In this document: in pieces, positions 1 through 13,452 of the stretch
How the letters are laid out: each line of letters opens with the position of its first letter
Position numbering within the stretch: the first letter of the stretch is position 1
Assembly (NCBI RefSeq): GCF_004010195.1
Contig: NW_025214108.1
Coordinates: 1-39,069, forward strand
DNA length: 39,069 nt
Source of the DNA: Chiloscyllium plagiosum
Taxonomy: Eukaryota
Direction: 5' to 3'
Translations under genes and position numbers: made by a program
The notes under the pieces: generated by a model
The model's input: the letters and a program-made list of their open reading frames with translations, nothing else
What the model was told of the DNA's origin: nothing
Databases searched by the model: none

Positions 1-2229
1 AGATGGAGAAGAATTTGTTTAGTGTGTACAAGACAATTTTCTGATTCAGTATGTGAATGTACCTACTCGAGAAGGTGCAAAACATGACCTCCTCTTGGGA
101 AATAAGGCAGGACAGGTGACTGAAATGTCAGTGGGGGAGCACTTTTGGGCCAGCGACCATAATTCTATTAGATTTTAAGTAATGATGGAAAAGGATAGAC
201 CAGATCTAAAAGTTGAAGTTCTAAATTGGAGGGGGGCTAATTAGGCAAGAACTTTCAAAAAGCTTTGGGGGCAGATGTTCCCAGGTAAAGGGACGGCTGG
301 AAAATGGGAAGCCTTCAGAAATGGAATAATGAGAGTCCAGAGATAGTATATTCCTGTTAGGGTGAAGGGAAAGGCTAGTAGGTGTAGAGAATGCTGGATG
401 ACTAAAGAAATTAAGGGTTCGGTTAAGAAAAAGCATATGTCAGGTCTTGACAGGAGAGACCAAGTGAATCCTTAGAAGAGTATAAAGGCAGTAGGAGTAT
501 AGTTATGAGAGAAATCAGGAGGGCAAAAAGGGGACATGAGATAACTTTAGCAAATAGTGTTAAGGAGAATCCAAAGAGGTTTTCAAATACATTAAGGACA
601 AAAGGGTAACTCGGGAGACAGCAGGACCCCTCAAAGATCAGTAAGGCGGCCTTTGTATAGAGCCGCAAGAGATGGGGAGATATTGAACGAGTATTTTGTA
701 TCAGTGTTTACTGCGGAAAAGGACATGGAAGATATAGAATGTAGGCAAATAGATGGTGAAATCTTGAAAATTGTCCATATTACAGAGAAGGAAGTGGATA
801 GATCCCCAGGACCTGATCAGGTGTACCCTCGAACTCTGTGGGAAGCTAGGGAAGTGATTGCTGGGCCCCTTGCTGATATATTTGTATCAAAGAGTCACAG
901 GTGAGGTGGCAGAAGACTGAAGGTCGGCTAACGTGATGCCAGGAGGTAAGGACAAGCCAGGGAACTATAGGACAGTGAGCCTGATGTCGGTGGTGGGCAA
1001 GTTGTTGGGGGAATCTTGAGGAACAGGATGTACATGCATTTGGAAAGGCAAGGACTGATTAGGTATAGTCAACATGTGTGGTGCGTGGGAAATCATGTCT
1101 CACAAACTTGATTGAGTCTTTTAAAGAAGTAACAGAGGAGTGACGAGAGCAGAGTGGTGGACGTGATCTATACACACTTCAGTAAGCTGGTTGATAAGGT
1201 TCCCCGTGATAGACTGATTAGCAAGGTTAGATCTCATGGAATACAAAGAGAAGTAGCCATTTGGATACAGAACTGGCTCAAAAGGTAGAAGACAGAGGAT
1301 GGTGGTGGAGGGTTGTTTTTCAGAACAGAGGCCTATGATCAGTGGAGTGCCACAAGGATCAGTGCTGGGTCCACAACTTTTCATCATTTATATAAATGAC
1401 TTGGGTGTGAACATTGGTAGGTATTGTTAGTAAGTTTGTAGATGACACCAAAATTGGGGGTGTAGTGGACAGCGAAGAAGGTTACCTCAGAGTACAACAG
1501 GATCTTGATCAAATGGGTCAATGGGCGGAGGAGTGGCGGAAGGCATTTAATTTAGATAAATGTGAAGTGCTGCATTTTGGAAAAGCAAATTAGAGCAGGA
1601 CTTATACACTTAATGCTCAGACCCTAAGGAGTGTTGCTGAACACAGACACCTTGGAGTCAAGTTAATAGTTCCTTGAAAGTAGATAGGATAGTGAAGGCG
1701 GTGTTTGGTATGTATTCCTTTATTGATAAAAAATACCAGAAGGATGTTGTGAAACTTGAAAGGGTTCAGAAAAGATTTACAAGGATGTTGGCAGGGTTGG
1801 AGGATTTGAGCTGCAGGGAGAGGCTGAATAGGCTGGGGCTGTTTTCCCTGGAGCATCAGAGGCTGAGGGGTGACCTTACAGTTGTTTATAAAATCATGAG
1901 GAGCATGGATAGAATAAACAGACAAGGATTTCCCCCCTGGGGTGGGGAGTCCAGAACTAGAGGGCATAGGTTTAGGGTGAGAGGGGAAAGATATAGAAGG
2001 GACCCAAGAGACAACTATTTCATGCAGAAGGAATGAGCGGACAGAGAAAGTGGTGGAGGCTGGTACAATTGCAACATTTAAAAAGCATTTGGATAAGTAT
2101 ATGAATAGGAAGGATTTAGAGGGATGTGGGCCAAGTTCTGGCAAATGGGACTAGATTAGGTTAGGATATCTGGTCGGCATGGATGAGTTGGACTGAAGGT
2201 TTGTTTCCATGCTGTACATCTCCATGACT
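1..2229 (+). mobile_element. CR1-clade LINE, degenerate ORF2 and 3' end (cut by window start)
   Basis: RT remnants [10 protein letters not shown] (~1344-1373), FVDDTK (~1435) and LERVQKRFTRM...LERLGLFSLE-like; family 3' tail ...ctgtacatctccatgact. Many stops and frameshifts. Confidence 0.9.
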
Positions 2230-3806
2230 TTCTCCTGTTTATGTTTTTATTGAAAAAGCTTTAAAACTGATAAAAATGAGTGGAGATAGGGATAAAGTTT
2301 GACTACACAAATGAAGGAAGCCTCCACATAAATCAAAACAGGGAAAGAACAGGACAAACTAAAGAAGGGAATAGCCAGGGAACATATAGGTCAGTTAAAG
2401 GATAGTTAAAAATAAAGTGACAGTAACTCCATTCAAAATGAAGTGTAATTGGCTGAATCCTACAAATTACTCCTTCCAAATCTAGTGAAAGGCAGGAAGG
2501 GTGGTTTCTACTTTAGGGATATGCTGTGTACATCAGGGCAGTGTTGCAAAGGCAACCCAACTTCCAAACCCAAATCCAAATCCATCACTCCCTCCTGTTG
2601 AGTTGTGTCCAATGGGTATTATGCAGCATACTTTAAAAAGGGACATTCTCACGACATCATCAGCATGTCCTGATAGTACAAACATTTCAGTCTTCATCCT
2701 AACTGGAGCCATGATGTGTATAGGGTTAAGTGTCTATGATGGTAACATATGTATACACCTGGAGCTATAATAAGTGTTTATGAATTTTTCAATACTACAT
2801 TGTCCATGTTTAATTATGTTGTGGGAGCCAACAGAAGGATTGCCTTGTCAGATACAAAGATCCTGTTAAAACTAAAAAGGAACACCACCATTGCAATTAC
2901 TAATCACTTCCATCCACTCCCTAGAGTGCATCCCATCAGAAATTCCAATCTGTGTCCATGTTTGTGTGTTCTGGAACTGCTGCAAGGGTTGTCTTCTATT
3001 AAAATTTGCAGGTGTACTGTCTTTTCTTGTGGACAAAAGGAAAATGTAAACACACTACTTGTTTCAGCTCAATACAAGACAGGACAACTATTCTCTGGTT
3101 AATTTTGCAGGGCAATGTTTAACCAGTTTAAATTAAATAGAGCACAGCAATTAACTGTCAGTTATTAGCTACTGCATATTTCATAGCAATTCCTCTCCCA
3201 ATCAAGAGTCCACTTGCCAACCAAATCAGCTATCTTATAAAAGTATTCATGGTGTTTTCTTACTTTGGCATTTCTGTGAATCATCCTGATCAGTGAAAGA
3301 TGAAAAGCTTTGATAAAATATTATTTTGGCCAGCAATACTCAAATCAATTTTAATTCCAAAAAAAAGGAAGTCTTGCTTAAGCAATCTCATTGATTTCTT
3401 GAAGAGGTCTATGGTCACAGTTACAAGGGTAATGCAATCAATTGCATACTTCTGATTTTGTTCATTAGTTTGTACTCCTGAAAATTCTCAGATAAATAAC
3501 ATAAGTGATAGCGAACAGGCTACAAGACAAAGTAGAGTATGGTGAAATGTAGCTATTCAGAGTAAAATATATAGAATTCCACATGGTCAGAGTTGGGATC
3601 ATTCACAAGCTATATTAATGATATAAACTATGTAATCAAAGACAAGAACTAATTTTTCCCAGCACCCATGTTGTGTGCGTGCAGGAGAGAAACAGTGAAA
3701 GACACAAGGCGTACAATACTTTATCAATTTCCACCACCAGGAAGAAAGGAAACACCTGAGTGGCCAGTGACAAGCAGTGCCCTTCTCAAAGGGTAATGCT
3801 GCTTGA

Positions 3807-4170
3807 TCAAACAATAAAGGGGAGGGTAGAGATTAAATCAAAATAGATTTGGACGGGGAAATAATGCACTCCACTCCCTGCAGTGCCCACCTTTCCCTGA
3901 AAATCTTGGGTGTTTGTGGACACTACATACTCCTTCTCCAGGGACACCCAGGCTCTGACATAACTGCAAAAGAGGGGCAAGCAATCGGCCCCAACGACCC
4001 CCTCCACGGCCCGCTGCTTGGACTTGTTTATGGCCAGTTTTGTCAGGCCCAGGAGCAGACTCACTAGGAGATCCTCTGACCTAACCTCTGCCCTCAGCAC
4101 CAGGTGGCCAAAGATCAGGAGCGTGGAACTGAAGTGCAACCAAAAACAGAGGAGGAGGTCTTTAAGAAAA
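3807..4170 (-). mobile_element. Tx1/L1-like LINE ORF2 C-terminal fragment
   Basis: Translation LLVSLLLGLTKLAINKSKQRAVEG...DCLPLFCSYVRAWVSLEKE resembles the C-terminus of fish/shark Tx1 ORF2 (recognised from memory). Confidence 0.6.
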
Positions 4171-4914
4171 TCAAAACAGGAGTAGGAATGCCCAATGGAC
4201 AGATTTTTAATCAGTGAGGCAATCAAAGGTTATAGGGCAGTGGAATGAAGGACTTTCTCGTCAATGGTGACTTGATTGAATAGCTGACTAGACTTGATGG
4301 GCTGAATGGTCTACATCTGCTCCTTTGTCTAATTGTCTGTTGTTCAGAGTGAACTGACATTGTACTCTGGGAGCAGAGTCTCTGAATGTTGGTGTTGTTT
4401 CCCTGTTACCTGTTAATCAGGTGCATTTAATTCAGGGAAATTTTGTGGGCTCTATACTGTTTCCACAACATCGGATGTAGACTCAATTCAGAATTTGTTT
4501 TAGTCTGTTAAAACATCTCGACATTTGGAATCCAGTTTAGCATGGAACTGATTGAAATAATAAATACATGGACGATGATGGGATTGTGTAGGGGGACGAG
4601 CTGAGAATAGTTCACAGCTCAGTGCAACATTGAGGGCCAAAGGGCCTGTTCTGCATTGTATTGTTCTATGTCCTAATAGAAAACTAGGATATTTATCCTA
4701 GTAATGGACAGCATAGAAACTCCAAGATGACCAGCAGAATCTAAAAATAAATTTTTTCAACAGAATAGACAAAGACATTAGCAACTATATGTTAATGACA
4801 TTAAATACCAAATGTGCCTGCCGGTGCCAAAACAATGCAGAATACAACCGGCAAATAATCAGTTCATAAATGAGCACTTTAAACCTCAGCCTGATGTGGA
4901 AGTGTCAAAGTGTT

Positions 4915-5215
4915 AGAACATAGACCATAGAAAAGTACAGCGCAGAACAGGCCCTTTGGCCCATGATGGTGTGCCAAAGATTAATCCTAATGTAAAATAA
5001 AATAAACTTAACCTACGCACCCCTCAATTCACCGTTATCCATATGCATGCCCAGCAGTCACTTAAGTGTCCCAAATGATTACTTCCACCACCACCGCTGG
5101 CAATGCATTCACAACACTGCATAAAAGAACCTACCTCTGACGTCCCATCTATACCTTTCTCCTAACGTCTTAAAACTATGACCCCTCGTGCCAGTCAATC
5201 CTGCCCTGGGGAGGA
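4915..5215 (-). mobile_element. CR1-like LINE 3' fragment
   Basis: Reverse complement of a CR1-type 3' end (agaacatagaccatagaaaagtacagcgcagaacaggccc...aaaactatgacccct). Confidence 0.65.
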
Positions 5216-5724
5216 GTCGAGAAAGAAAATAAAGTCCAAAATTGAGAAAGCGTTTAACAGAGAGGCGAATAGTTTTGGATCAGGAGAAATAGAAAAATCT
5301 AGAAATCAAACTTTCCCCTTGAATGTAAAAATGCATGGGAACAACATCAATGAAGCTTGTAACCAACCGTAAACGAGTTGCAGGTCTTTTGACAGGCTTT
5401 TATCCAGTCAGCTCTGACAACACAGATACTGGAACATTCGCAGACCAGAAAGCTGAAAATCTCAGGTATAAGAATGAGAAACTGGGGAGGAATCTAAGTA
5501 AACTCCAGTGGGTTATGACATACATTTGGGTTGATCCCTTTAGAAAAAGGGATGAATCTTCAGGACTTTGAGATAAACATCTTGGGCAGTTAAAGTGAAA
5601 TTGAATTCAAAACAGATATTAGGATGGTGTTAAATAAGGATGCTTTATTTAGCTTCTCATTTGCACAATAAAGTTTGTTTTTGTTTAACAAAGGACCTGT
5701 AGTGCCATGCAATTACTTGCTGAA

Positions 5725-5870
5725 TGTTTCAAATGAATAGGAAGGGTTTGAAGGGATATGGGCCGGGTACTGGCAGGTGGGACTAGATTGGGTTGGGATA
5801 TCTGGTCGGCATGGACGGGTTGGACCAAAGGGTCTGTTTCCGTGCTGTACATCTCTAACACTCTAATGAC
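5725..5870 (+). mobile_element. CR1 3' tail fragment
   Basis: Near-identical to the tails at 2100-2229 and 16170-16300. Confidence 0.8.
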
Positions 5871-6392
5871 TAAGTTTGCACATGATAGCAAATTAAGGGG
5901 GTAGCTTGGGTGGTCAGTGTAGTGGAGGACAGTAAGAAATTACTAACCTTGCAAAATGAGCATATGATTAGCAAACGAATTTAACCCCACAATTGTGAAG
6001 TACTACATTTTAGTTAGAAAACTAAGAATGTTTTACTTGGAAAAGAAGATTCAAATGGAGTGGAGGACCAATGGGATAGTGAAAAACAAAATAGCCGAAA
6101 GTAGCAACACGTCAATTAGTCCATAACAAATTCCAACCAAACAATGGGTTATTTCTAGAGATACAATGAAACATTAGAGAATTCACCTCAGATCTCAGTG
6201 TACATGTCGCAGCCTCCAAAAGCACTCTGATTTTAACAGTTCCAAGGGACCTAACCATGTTTCACACTAATAAATGCATTCTCTATATAGACACCTACCT
6301 CAAGGGATTACCAATCCATAATTTCATTGCATCCTAATCCATCAAACCTGTGTCATGGACACACACAAATTCCTGCATGGTAGTTGATAGCA

Positions 6393-6777
6393 GGTTTTGA
6401 GAAGATTTGTAGCTCAGGTTGAGGTTCTGGATGTAGGTTGAGCTAGGTTAGTTTTCAGACACCAAGCAAAACTAATGTTATTTACAAAATACCTTAAGAT
6501 CTGTAACAAACAAACAGGCAGAAAATAGCCACTAGGTTACATGAACATCAACTAGCCATAAAAAGACATGACCCACTCTCACTAGTATCTTTACATACGG
6601 ATGAGGAAGGACACCACTTCAACTGGGACAACATATCCATTCTAGGACAAGCCAAACGGAAACACATGTGAGAATTCCTAGACACATGGCATTCCAACTT
6701 GAACTCTATCAACAAACACATTGATTTGGATCCCATTTACCACCCCCTGAGAAAAAAAAACCGGAAATGACACCAAC
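6393..6777 (+). mobile_element. Penelope-like element fragment (GIY-YIG region, preceded by a short inverted 3' end)
   Basis: NVIYKIP...RLHEHQLAIKRHDPLSLVS...FNWDNISILGQAK...EFL.TWHS..NSINKHIDLDPIY-like translation. 6393-6460 is the inverted terminus also seen at ~19474 and ~17500-17530. Confidence 0.8.
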
Positions 6778-8904
6778 TCTAGTATAGAAAGGTTTGAAAA
6801 TAAAAAGACTTTAGTTTGGCAATGCTCCACAAAAGCAGGGGTAGTAGGTAAATTCGCCCCTAAATTTAAATATTATTTTAAAGTTGCTGGTGAAGTTAAA
6901 GTATCGTATTACATCATGAGTCAAGACACCAGGTTCAAAGAACCAAGAAAACTACAGAATCCTGGGATAGAGGGGAAAGACAAGCAAACTTGTATGGAAC
7001 TTTTAATATGGCATGATACAACAAGTGGAATCTTAAGTGTCAAGCTTTATTGTCCAATAAACCTTATTAGTTTTATATTCTAAGTTTTGCTAGTTATGGT
7101 TATTTCCCAGCAATAAAGTTTCTTACTCATTTGCTATCAACAAAATATAGAATATTTAACTTTTGCCAGCACATTGATGTACTTGTACATTTTCTGCTTT
7201 AGGAAAATAGATACACCAGTGCCACATTTTGGCTTCAGACCAACTGAAGTAAACATCTGAAACTACACTCCAATTCCAATGTTACAAGGTATCTTTCTTG
7301 ATTTTGCATTTAATACTCAAAATTCAGGTAGATAGTATACTTCTTAAATGTTATACTTGTACAGACCACCAGAATTATTCTCACTTCATATCAGACAACT
7401 GAGTTGCATCATTATCAGTGAACTGTCACCAAAGTTGTGCTTGTGCTGACCAACCTCCATGCACCCTGGACGAGATCCTGAAAGATGTTACTTAACTGAT
7501 GGTCAATTGTAGTACATTGGGCATTTGAGGAATTCAGTCTACTCCACCTCCAATATCAAAGATGAATTGTATACCTGAATGGATAGGCAGAGAAGAAAGC
7601 AAGATTCCAACTCAATATACTTGGGAATGAGACTTTGCCCTTCCTAGAGCACCAACAGCAAAGAGTAAAACTAGTACTAAAGCCAAAAATGATGGCTCTA
7701 CATGGTGTGCTGCTGTCACAACATTTTGGACCTTAGCACTTGCCCTATCATGTTCTGTAGAGTACCGTGCACCTGTCTGGCCAAGTTCATCTCATTTGTT
7801 GATAGTCAATTGAATAGTTGCACTGAATGATTGAAGGGAGGTGAATATTGTTCCTCCGTTCAAGAAAAGGGAATAGGGAAATCCCTGGGAATTACAGACA
7901 AGTCGATCTCACGTCTATTAAGCAAGGTACTGGAAAGGATTGAGAGATAGGATTTACAGCTATTTGTAAAAAAAAAGTTTGATTAAAGAGAGTCAGCATG
8001 GCTTTGAGAGGAGCAGGTCATGCCACAAGCCTAGAGTTCTTTGAAGATGTGACGAGACAAGTTTACGAAGGTTGAGCAGTGGATGTGGTGTATATGGATT
8101 TCAGTAACACACAAGGTTCCCCACTGTTGGCTCATTGAGAACGTTAGGAGGCAAGAGATGCAGGGAAATCTGGCGGTCTGGATACAAATTGGCTGGCCGA
8201 AAGAAGACAGTGAGTGGTAGTGGATGGAAAATATTCCACCTGGAGTTCGGTGACCAGCAGTACCCACAGGAATCTGTTCTTGGGCGTCTGCTCTTTGTAG
8301 TTTTTAATAAAGGACTTGGATGAAGTGGAAGGGTGGTTGGTAAGTTTGCCAGTGACAAATGTCAGTGGTGTTGTAGAAAGTGTTGAGGGCTGTTGCAGGC
8401 TCCAAGACATTGACAGGATGCAGAGCTGGGCTGAGAAGTGGCAGATGGAGTTCAACGTGGACAAATGAGGTGATTCATTTTGGAAGATTGAATTTGAATG
8501 CTGAATACAGGGTCAAAGACAGGATTCTTGGCAGTTGTGGAGGAACAGCAAGATCTTGGGGTCCACATATATAGATCCCTCAATGTTACCACCCAAGTTG
8601 ATAGGGTTGTTAAGGTGGCGTATGGTGTTTTGGCTTTCATTAACAGGGGGAATGGAGTTTAAGAGCTGTGAGATTTTGCTGCAGCTATATAAAACCCTGG
8701 TTAGATCACACTTGGAATATTGTGTTCAGCTCGTTACCTCATTAAAGGGAGGATAGATGCTTTATAGAGGATGCAGAGGAGTTTTACCAGGATACTGCCT
8801 GGATTGGAGGGCTTGTCTTATGAAGAGACATTGAGTGAGCTAGGGCTTTTCACACTGGAGAGAAGGAAGATGTGACTTGATAGAGGCGTACAGGTAATGA
8901 GATT

Positions 8905-9018
8905 ATCACCTGATGAAGGAGCAAAACTCCGAAAGCTAGTGTGCCTCCAATTAAACCTGTTGGACTATAATGTGGTGTTGAGAGCTTTTTAACTTTGTAC
9001 ACCCCAGGCCAACATCGG
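8905..9018 (+). mobile_element. Short PLE-derived element with hammerhead motif
   Basis: cac-CTGATGA-a-GGAG-caaaa-CTCC-GAAA-gc-TA-gtg, followed by a tail shared with 24636-24730 and 26920-27040. Confidence 0.7.
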
Positions 9019-9094
9019 GAGCGACAGACAGAGCGACAGACAGAGCGACAGACAGAGCGACAGACAGAGCGACAGACAGAGCGACAGACAGAGC
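9019..9094 (+). repeat. 12-bp tandem repeat (GAGCGACAGACA) x6.3
   Basis: Six perfect copies plus GAGC, read directly. Confidence 0.95.
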
Positions 9095-10019
9095 TGTCAC
9101 AAGGGATCATAATTTTAAGGTGATTGAGGAAGGTACAGGAGAGATGTCAGAGGTAGGTTCTTTACGCAGAGTGGTGGGTGCATGGAATGTACCGTCACCA
9201 GTGGTAGCAGAGTCAGAGACATTAGGGACATTTAAATGACTGCTGGGCAAGCACAACAAAGGCAGTAAATTGAGGGGTGTGTAGGTTAAGTTGATCTTAG
9301 ATTAACATAAATGCTCAGCACAAAACTGTGGGTTGAAGCACATATACTGTGCTGTACTGTTCTGATATTCTATGAATGCAACCACATGCAAAACTGGAAG
9401 CTTCTGCTAAACACACCTCCCCTGGCTTACCGTGCTTGTAAATACAATCTGCAACACATCTGTCTGACAAAAACACAAACTGGTTGAAACCATTTGTGTT
9501 GCATTTCACTTACCCACTCAATGATTACTGTTCAAAGCCCTTCCACCTTGATACCCTACATGAATAAGCTCTTCCTGTGGAGAATCTACCAGATGTTTTA
9601 CAGATAAAAGAATGGGAAGTATGGCAAGTCTCTATGATAATCAACATCTGTCAAATGGAAGCTTTGAACTCTGCACTTTACTAAGCAAGGTCAGGACAGC
9701 CAAGGCCCTTGCAGAGCCAACTACCATAGATAGAACCTCAGTCCAAATCCATTTGCAAAAATATAAACCATGCTGGACATGGTCATGGAGTGACTCCTCG
9801 GAGGAGGATTAGCAGATTAATGACTTTAAACTCAGCAAATAAGATTGTATGGATTCAGGGATGTACATTAAATATCATAGGTTTGTCTCAATTTATCCTG
9901 CCATTTCTTCTTCCAGCTGTTTTTCCAGCTTCCTTTTAATACATCAGAGCTATGATCTTCAACTACTCTTTATGCCCCATACTAGAACCTGATGTGCATA
10001 AATAGTTAGGAAAAATTGT

Positions 10020-10262
10020 TTAGGAAAGATGTCGTGAAACTTGAAAGGGCTCAAAAGATTGACAAGGATTTGAGCTATTTTCCTGGAGCATCAGAAGCTG
10101 ATGTGATCCTATGGAGTTTATAAAATCATGAGGGGCACAGAGGTTTAGAGAGCTATGGGCTAAGTACTGGCATATGGGACTTGTTTAGTGTAGACTATCT
10201 GGTAAGCATGGACGTTGAACAAAAGGGTCTGTTTCCACACTGAACATTTCTATGACTCTATG
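10020..10262 (+). mobile_element. CR1 3' fragment, heavily deleted
   Basis: Similar to 1735-2229, with internal deletions. Confidence 0.7.
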
Positions 10263-10644
10263 GTGAGTGTGTGGACAAAGATGAGGGGAAGTCATTAACC
10301 TTTCTAACCTTTCTTGACTCAGTCTGAAAGAGAAAAAGTAATTGCTATTCTCAAAAGAAGTCTAAGTGGTGACAAAAAAAATTATGTAAATGTTGAATTC
10401 TTACTCGAGGGATTGGCCTAGATTTAGCACTCCATGAATCAAATGTGGAGGGAGGCTTCTTCAGGGCCAACTGACTCCCAAACGTTTGCCAGATCAAGCT
10501 CCATTAAGATTCACTCAACTGAGCAGTACGCTTCTTAATGAATCAGGAATCTCAAAGTCCAGCCTGCAAGAAGCTGCCAGCTAATCAGACGTTAGCAGTG
10601 GCTGGGTCCAATAATCTTTTTAAAAAAATCAATCAGTAAAAATC

Positions 10645-11035
10645 AGATGTACAGCACAGAACCAGAACCTTGCGTCAAACTTGTCCATGCCAATCATATC
10701 CTAAATTAATCTAGCCCCATTTGCTAGCATTTGATACATATCCCTCTAAACCCTTCCTATTCATGTACCCATCCAGATGCCTTTTAAACGTTGCAACTGT
10801 ACCAGCCTCCTCCACTTCCTCTGGCAGCTCATTCCATACATGTACCACCCTCTGTGTGAACAAGTTGCCCCTTCAGTCCCTTTTAAAATATTTCCCCTCT
10901 CACCCTAAACCTATGCTCCCTAGCTCTGGACTCCCCTACCCCAGGGAAAATACTTGTGTCTCTTTACCCTATCCATGCCCTTATATCTTTATAAACCTCA
11001 TGTCACCCCTGAGCCTCTGACACTCCAGGAAAACA
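10645..11035 (-). mobile_element. CR1 3' fragment
   Basis: Reverse complement of 1840-2220. Confidence 0.8.
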
Positions 11036-11981
11036 ATACCCCCCAATTACACACCTCAGGAACTGGAGAGACTTGAAACTTTATCTTCAAGCTCAGAGGT
11101 AGGTCACTACCATTGCACCACACAATCCTACAGATCGTTGACCAGGCTTCAGGAGATTTAGCAATAAGAAGCTTTCTCTCTTTCAGGTCAAGGGAGTAGA
11201 GGTCAAGGGGACACTGCAGGCTGGGCAGAGGTACAGCCTCTACCAGTCACAGCTTGCCTGCTGTTCCTTCAAAATTATGAAAATGAAGGGCACTCCTTCA
11301 AATTTAGAAAACTGGTTGTTGACTGCTAAAATAAAGTGACCTATCAGTTGTCAGCCAGGAAGTCAGATTGATGGGGTTAAGGGCCTTTAAGTAGACTTAA
11401 ATGCCAGTGTGAAGGCCTCAGTGGCAAGTCAAAAAAGTCCCCCTTAAATACTGGAATGCACACTCCAGTCACATCAAATCACAGTCAAATTTGTTTAAAA
11501 CAAGCTAGTCATGAATTATCAACTCAACTTGAAGGTCAGGCAGTGGCTCCAGAGAAGTAGTTACACTGCCCTCAGCGAGCAGGCTGTGTCCATAGGTGCC
11601 CAATTTTGGGCAGGACATCATACTCCTTCAAGTCAGTGACTCTGACCCAGCACTTAATTGCTGAGATGTTGAAAAAGAGGCAAGTCTCTTACCAGGACTA
11701 ATGTGCCTAACTATTTTCTTCTCTCAATCTTCAGATATAGGATAATGCCACCCAGGATTGGTAAATCAGCTGTAAATTGGAAAGCAGATCACCCTGGTTT
11801 AGCAGACAAAACCAACCATGTCTTGGCCAAAGAGATATAGTAGCTCCGATAGCCCAAGGCCACCATTGTTCATAAATTCGTGATATAGGAACAGAATTAG
11901 GCTATTGTGCCCAGTGAGTCAGTTCCACCATTCAATCATGGTTGATATGCTCATCCCCATTTTCCTGCCTTCTCTCCAAAT

Positions 11982-12718
11982 TGTTACAACACGGAGGTTA
12001 GTTAAACAAACACTCAGAAAAGCTCACCACGCCTCGTAATCTTAAAACATGAGTGACAGAACTTACAAACTCCGCTATTTAAAATACACTTTAAAAAAAC
12101 TGAAAAAGGTAAACAGTAAACAACTATTCACAATTTTATGCCCCCTTTCTCTTTACTGATTAAGTGCCACCAACTCTATAACAATATGCTGTTCCAATAA
12201 GACACTTATTAACATTACATCAACTTTACTTCAAAACCACAGCTGCTGTGGTCTTCTGCGTCTCTCTTTTTCCGACAGGATCTCCCTGGATCGTCCTCTT
12301 TCTTTTCACTGCAAATATGTTTCACATGAAGAAGTTACTTTGACAGAGAGAGTTTCCTAATTTCTTGCAGAGCAAGATGTTAGCTCTCCATACATTTCAA
12401 AGGTAGTTACTCTGACCAATTTTCAAAAGGCCCACATTTTATACCTCCAACATTGAACCAATGAAGCAATCCAATGTTGGCAAAACAAATTCAAACTAGA
12501 TTGGGTTTTAGTATCCTGGGGCATAATTTAAACTGAGTGATGACAATTTGAATTTAACCAAAAATAGCAACCAAAAGTCTGGTATCCATTTCACAGCCAA
12601 ATGTTACATGTTTTCAAATTTTCCAGTATACTCTAGGACTGCCATCTAGTCATACATACAGGTGCTTGTAAGCTCAGAACAGTATTTACTCTTAAAGGTA
12701 CTGTACACCTTTATAACA
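11982..12718. mobile_element. Probable solo LTR (737 bp)
   Basis: Begins TGTTACAA and ends TTATAACA (7/8 inverted, TG...CA), with flanks aaat/atat. It splits an otherwise continuous minus-strand LINE tail (…tctctccaaat | atatcccttcagcccatt…). Confidence 0.55.
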
Positions 12719-13170
12719 ATATCCCTTCAGCCCATTACCAATTAAAAGTCTGACAACTCAAAATCACTCACTGTTCCAGCATTCAGCACACATTGACATA
12801 GCAAATGCCACAGATTCACAATCCTTTGTGAGATGCAGTTTCTCCTCAACTGGTTTAATTTGCCATCCCTTAAGACTTTGACCTTTCATCCTAGAATGCC
12901 CAAGATGAAGCATCTGCTCCACGTCTATTTTTCCCAAACCTTCTATCATCTTGAATACCTCAAATTGATTGCTCCTCATTCTTCCTAATTACAGAGAGGA
13001 TCAGCCTAAACTGTTTAATCTCTCTTCAACGACAAACCCCTCATCTCCAGGATCAATCTCGTGAATATTCTTTCAAGGTTCCAATGTCAATACATCTTTC
13101 CTCAAAGAAGGTGATCAAAACCGCGTGGAGCATTGCGCGCAGTCTCACCAACACCTTGTACAGTTGCAAC
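12719..13170 (-). mobile_element. Old CR1-like LINE 3' fragment (continues at ~11880-11981)
   Basis: Minus-strand translation MRSNQFEVFKMIEGLGKID resembles the CR1 ORF2 C-terminal LRGDLIEVFKIMKG. Confidence 0.7.
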
Positions 13171-13452
13171 AATACTCCCTTACTTCGACATGCTGCGTTT
13201 GACATTACTGCCACTTTAATTGCTCAAATGCAAAAGAAAAAAAATCCAGTAAATGCTGAAAAGTACACAAGCACTTTGACCTCCAACTGAGCAAAGATCA
13301 TTCTGTTATCAGAGGAGATGGAAATCCAGCACTTTGCTGTTTTATTGCAGCTTTCCATTTTTTTTCAAACAGGCACACACTCCAAGCACAACGCTTTACC
13401 GTCATATTTATTTAAACGGAGGTTTAAAAAGAATCACAGACGCCAATGTCAC

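Larger units (their letters stand above)
7826..9374 (+). mobile_element. CR1-clade LINE, internally deleted, interrupted at ~8905-9094
   Basis: RT remnants (QHGF, VDVVYMDFS, PQESVLG, YKTLVRSHLEYCVQ) and 3' tail ...ctgtgctgtactgttct. Confidence 0.85.

Noticed and set aside
9019..9094. CRISPR-like array or VCRS-repeat protein (ORF 8850-9110)
   Set aside because: A head-to-tail minisatellite without spacers, in a vertebrate genome.
1..13452. PM20D2 exon 2 and later exons
   Set aside because: I found no GTPAEE/GGGK/FMAHP-encoding sequence on the minus strand; these exons probably lie outside the window.
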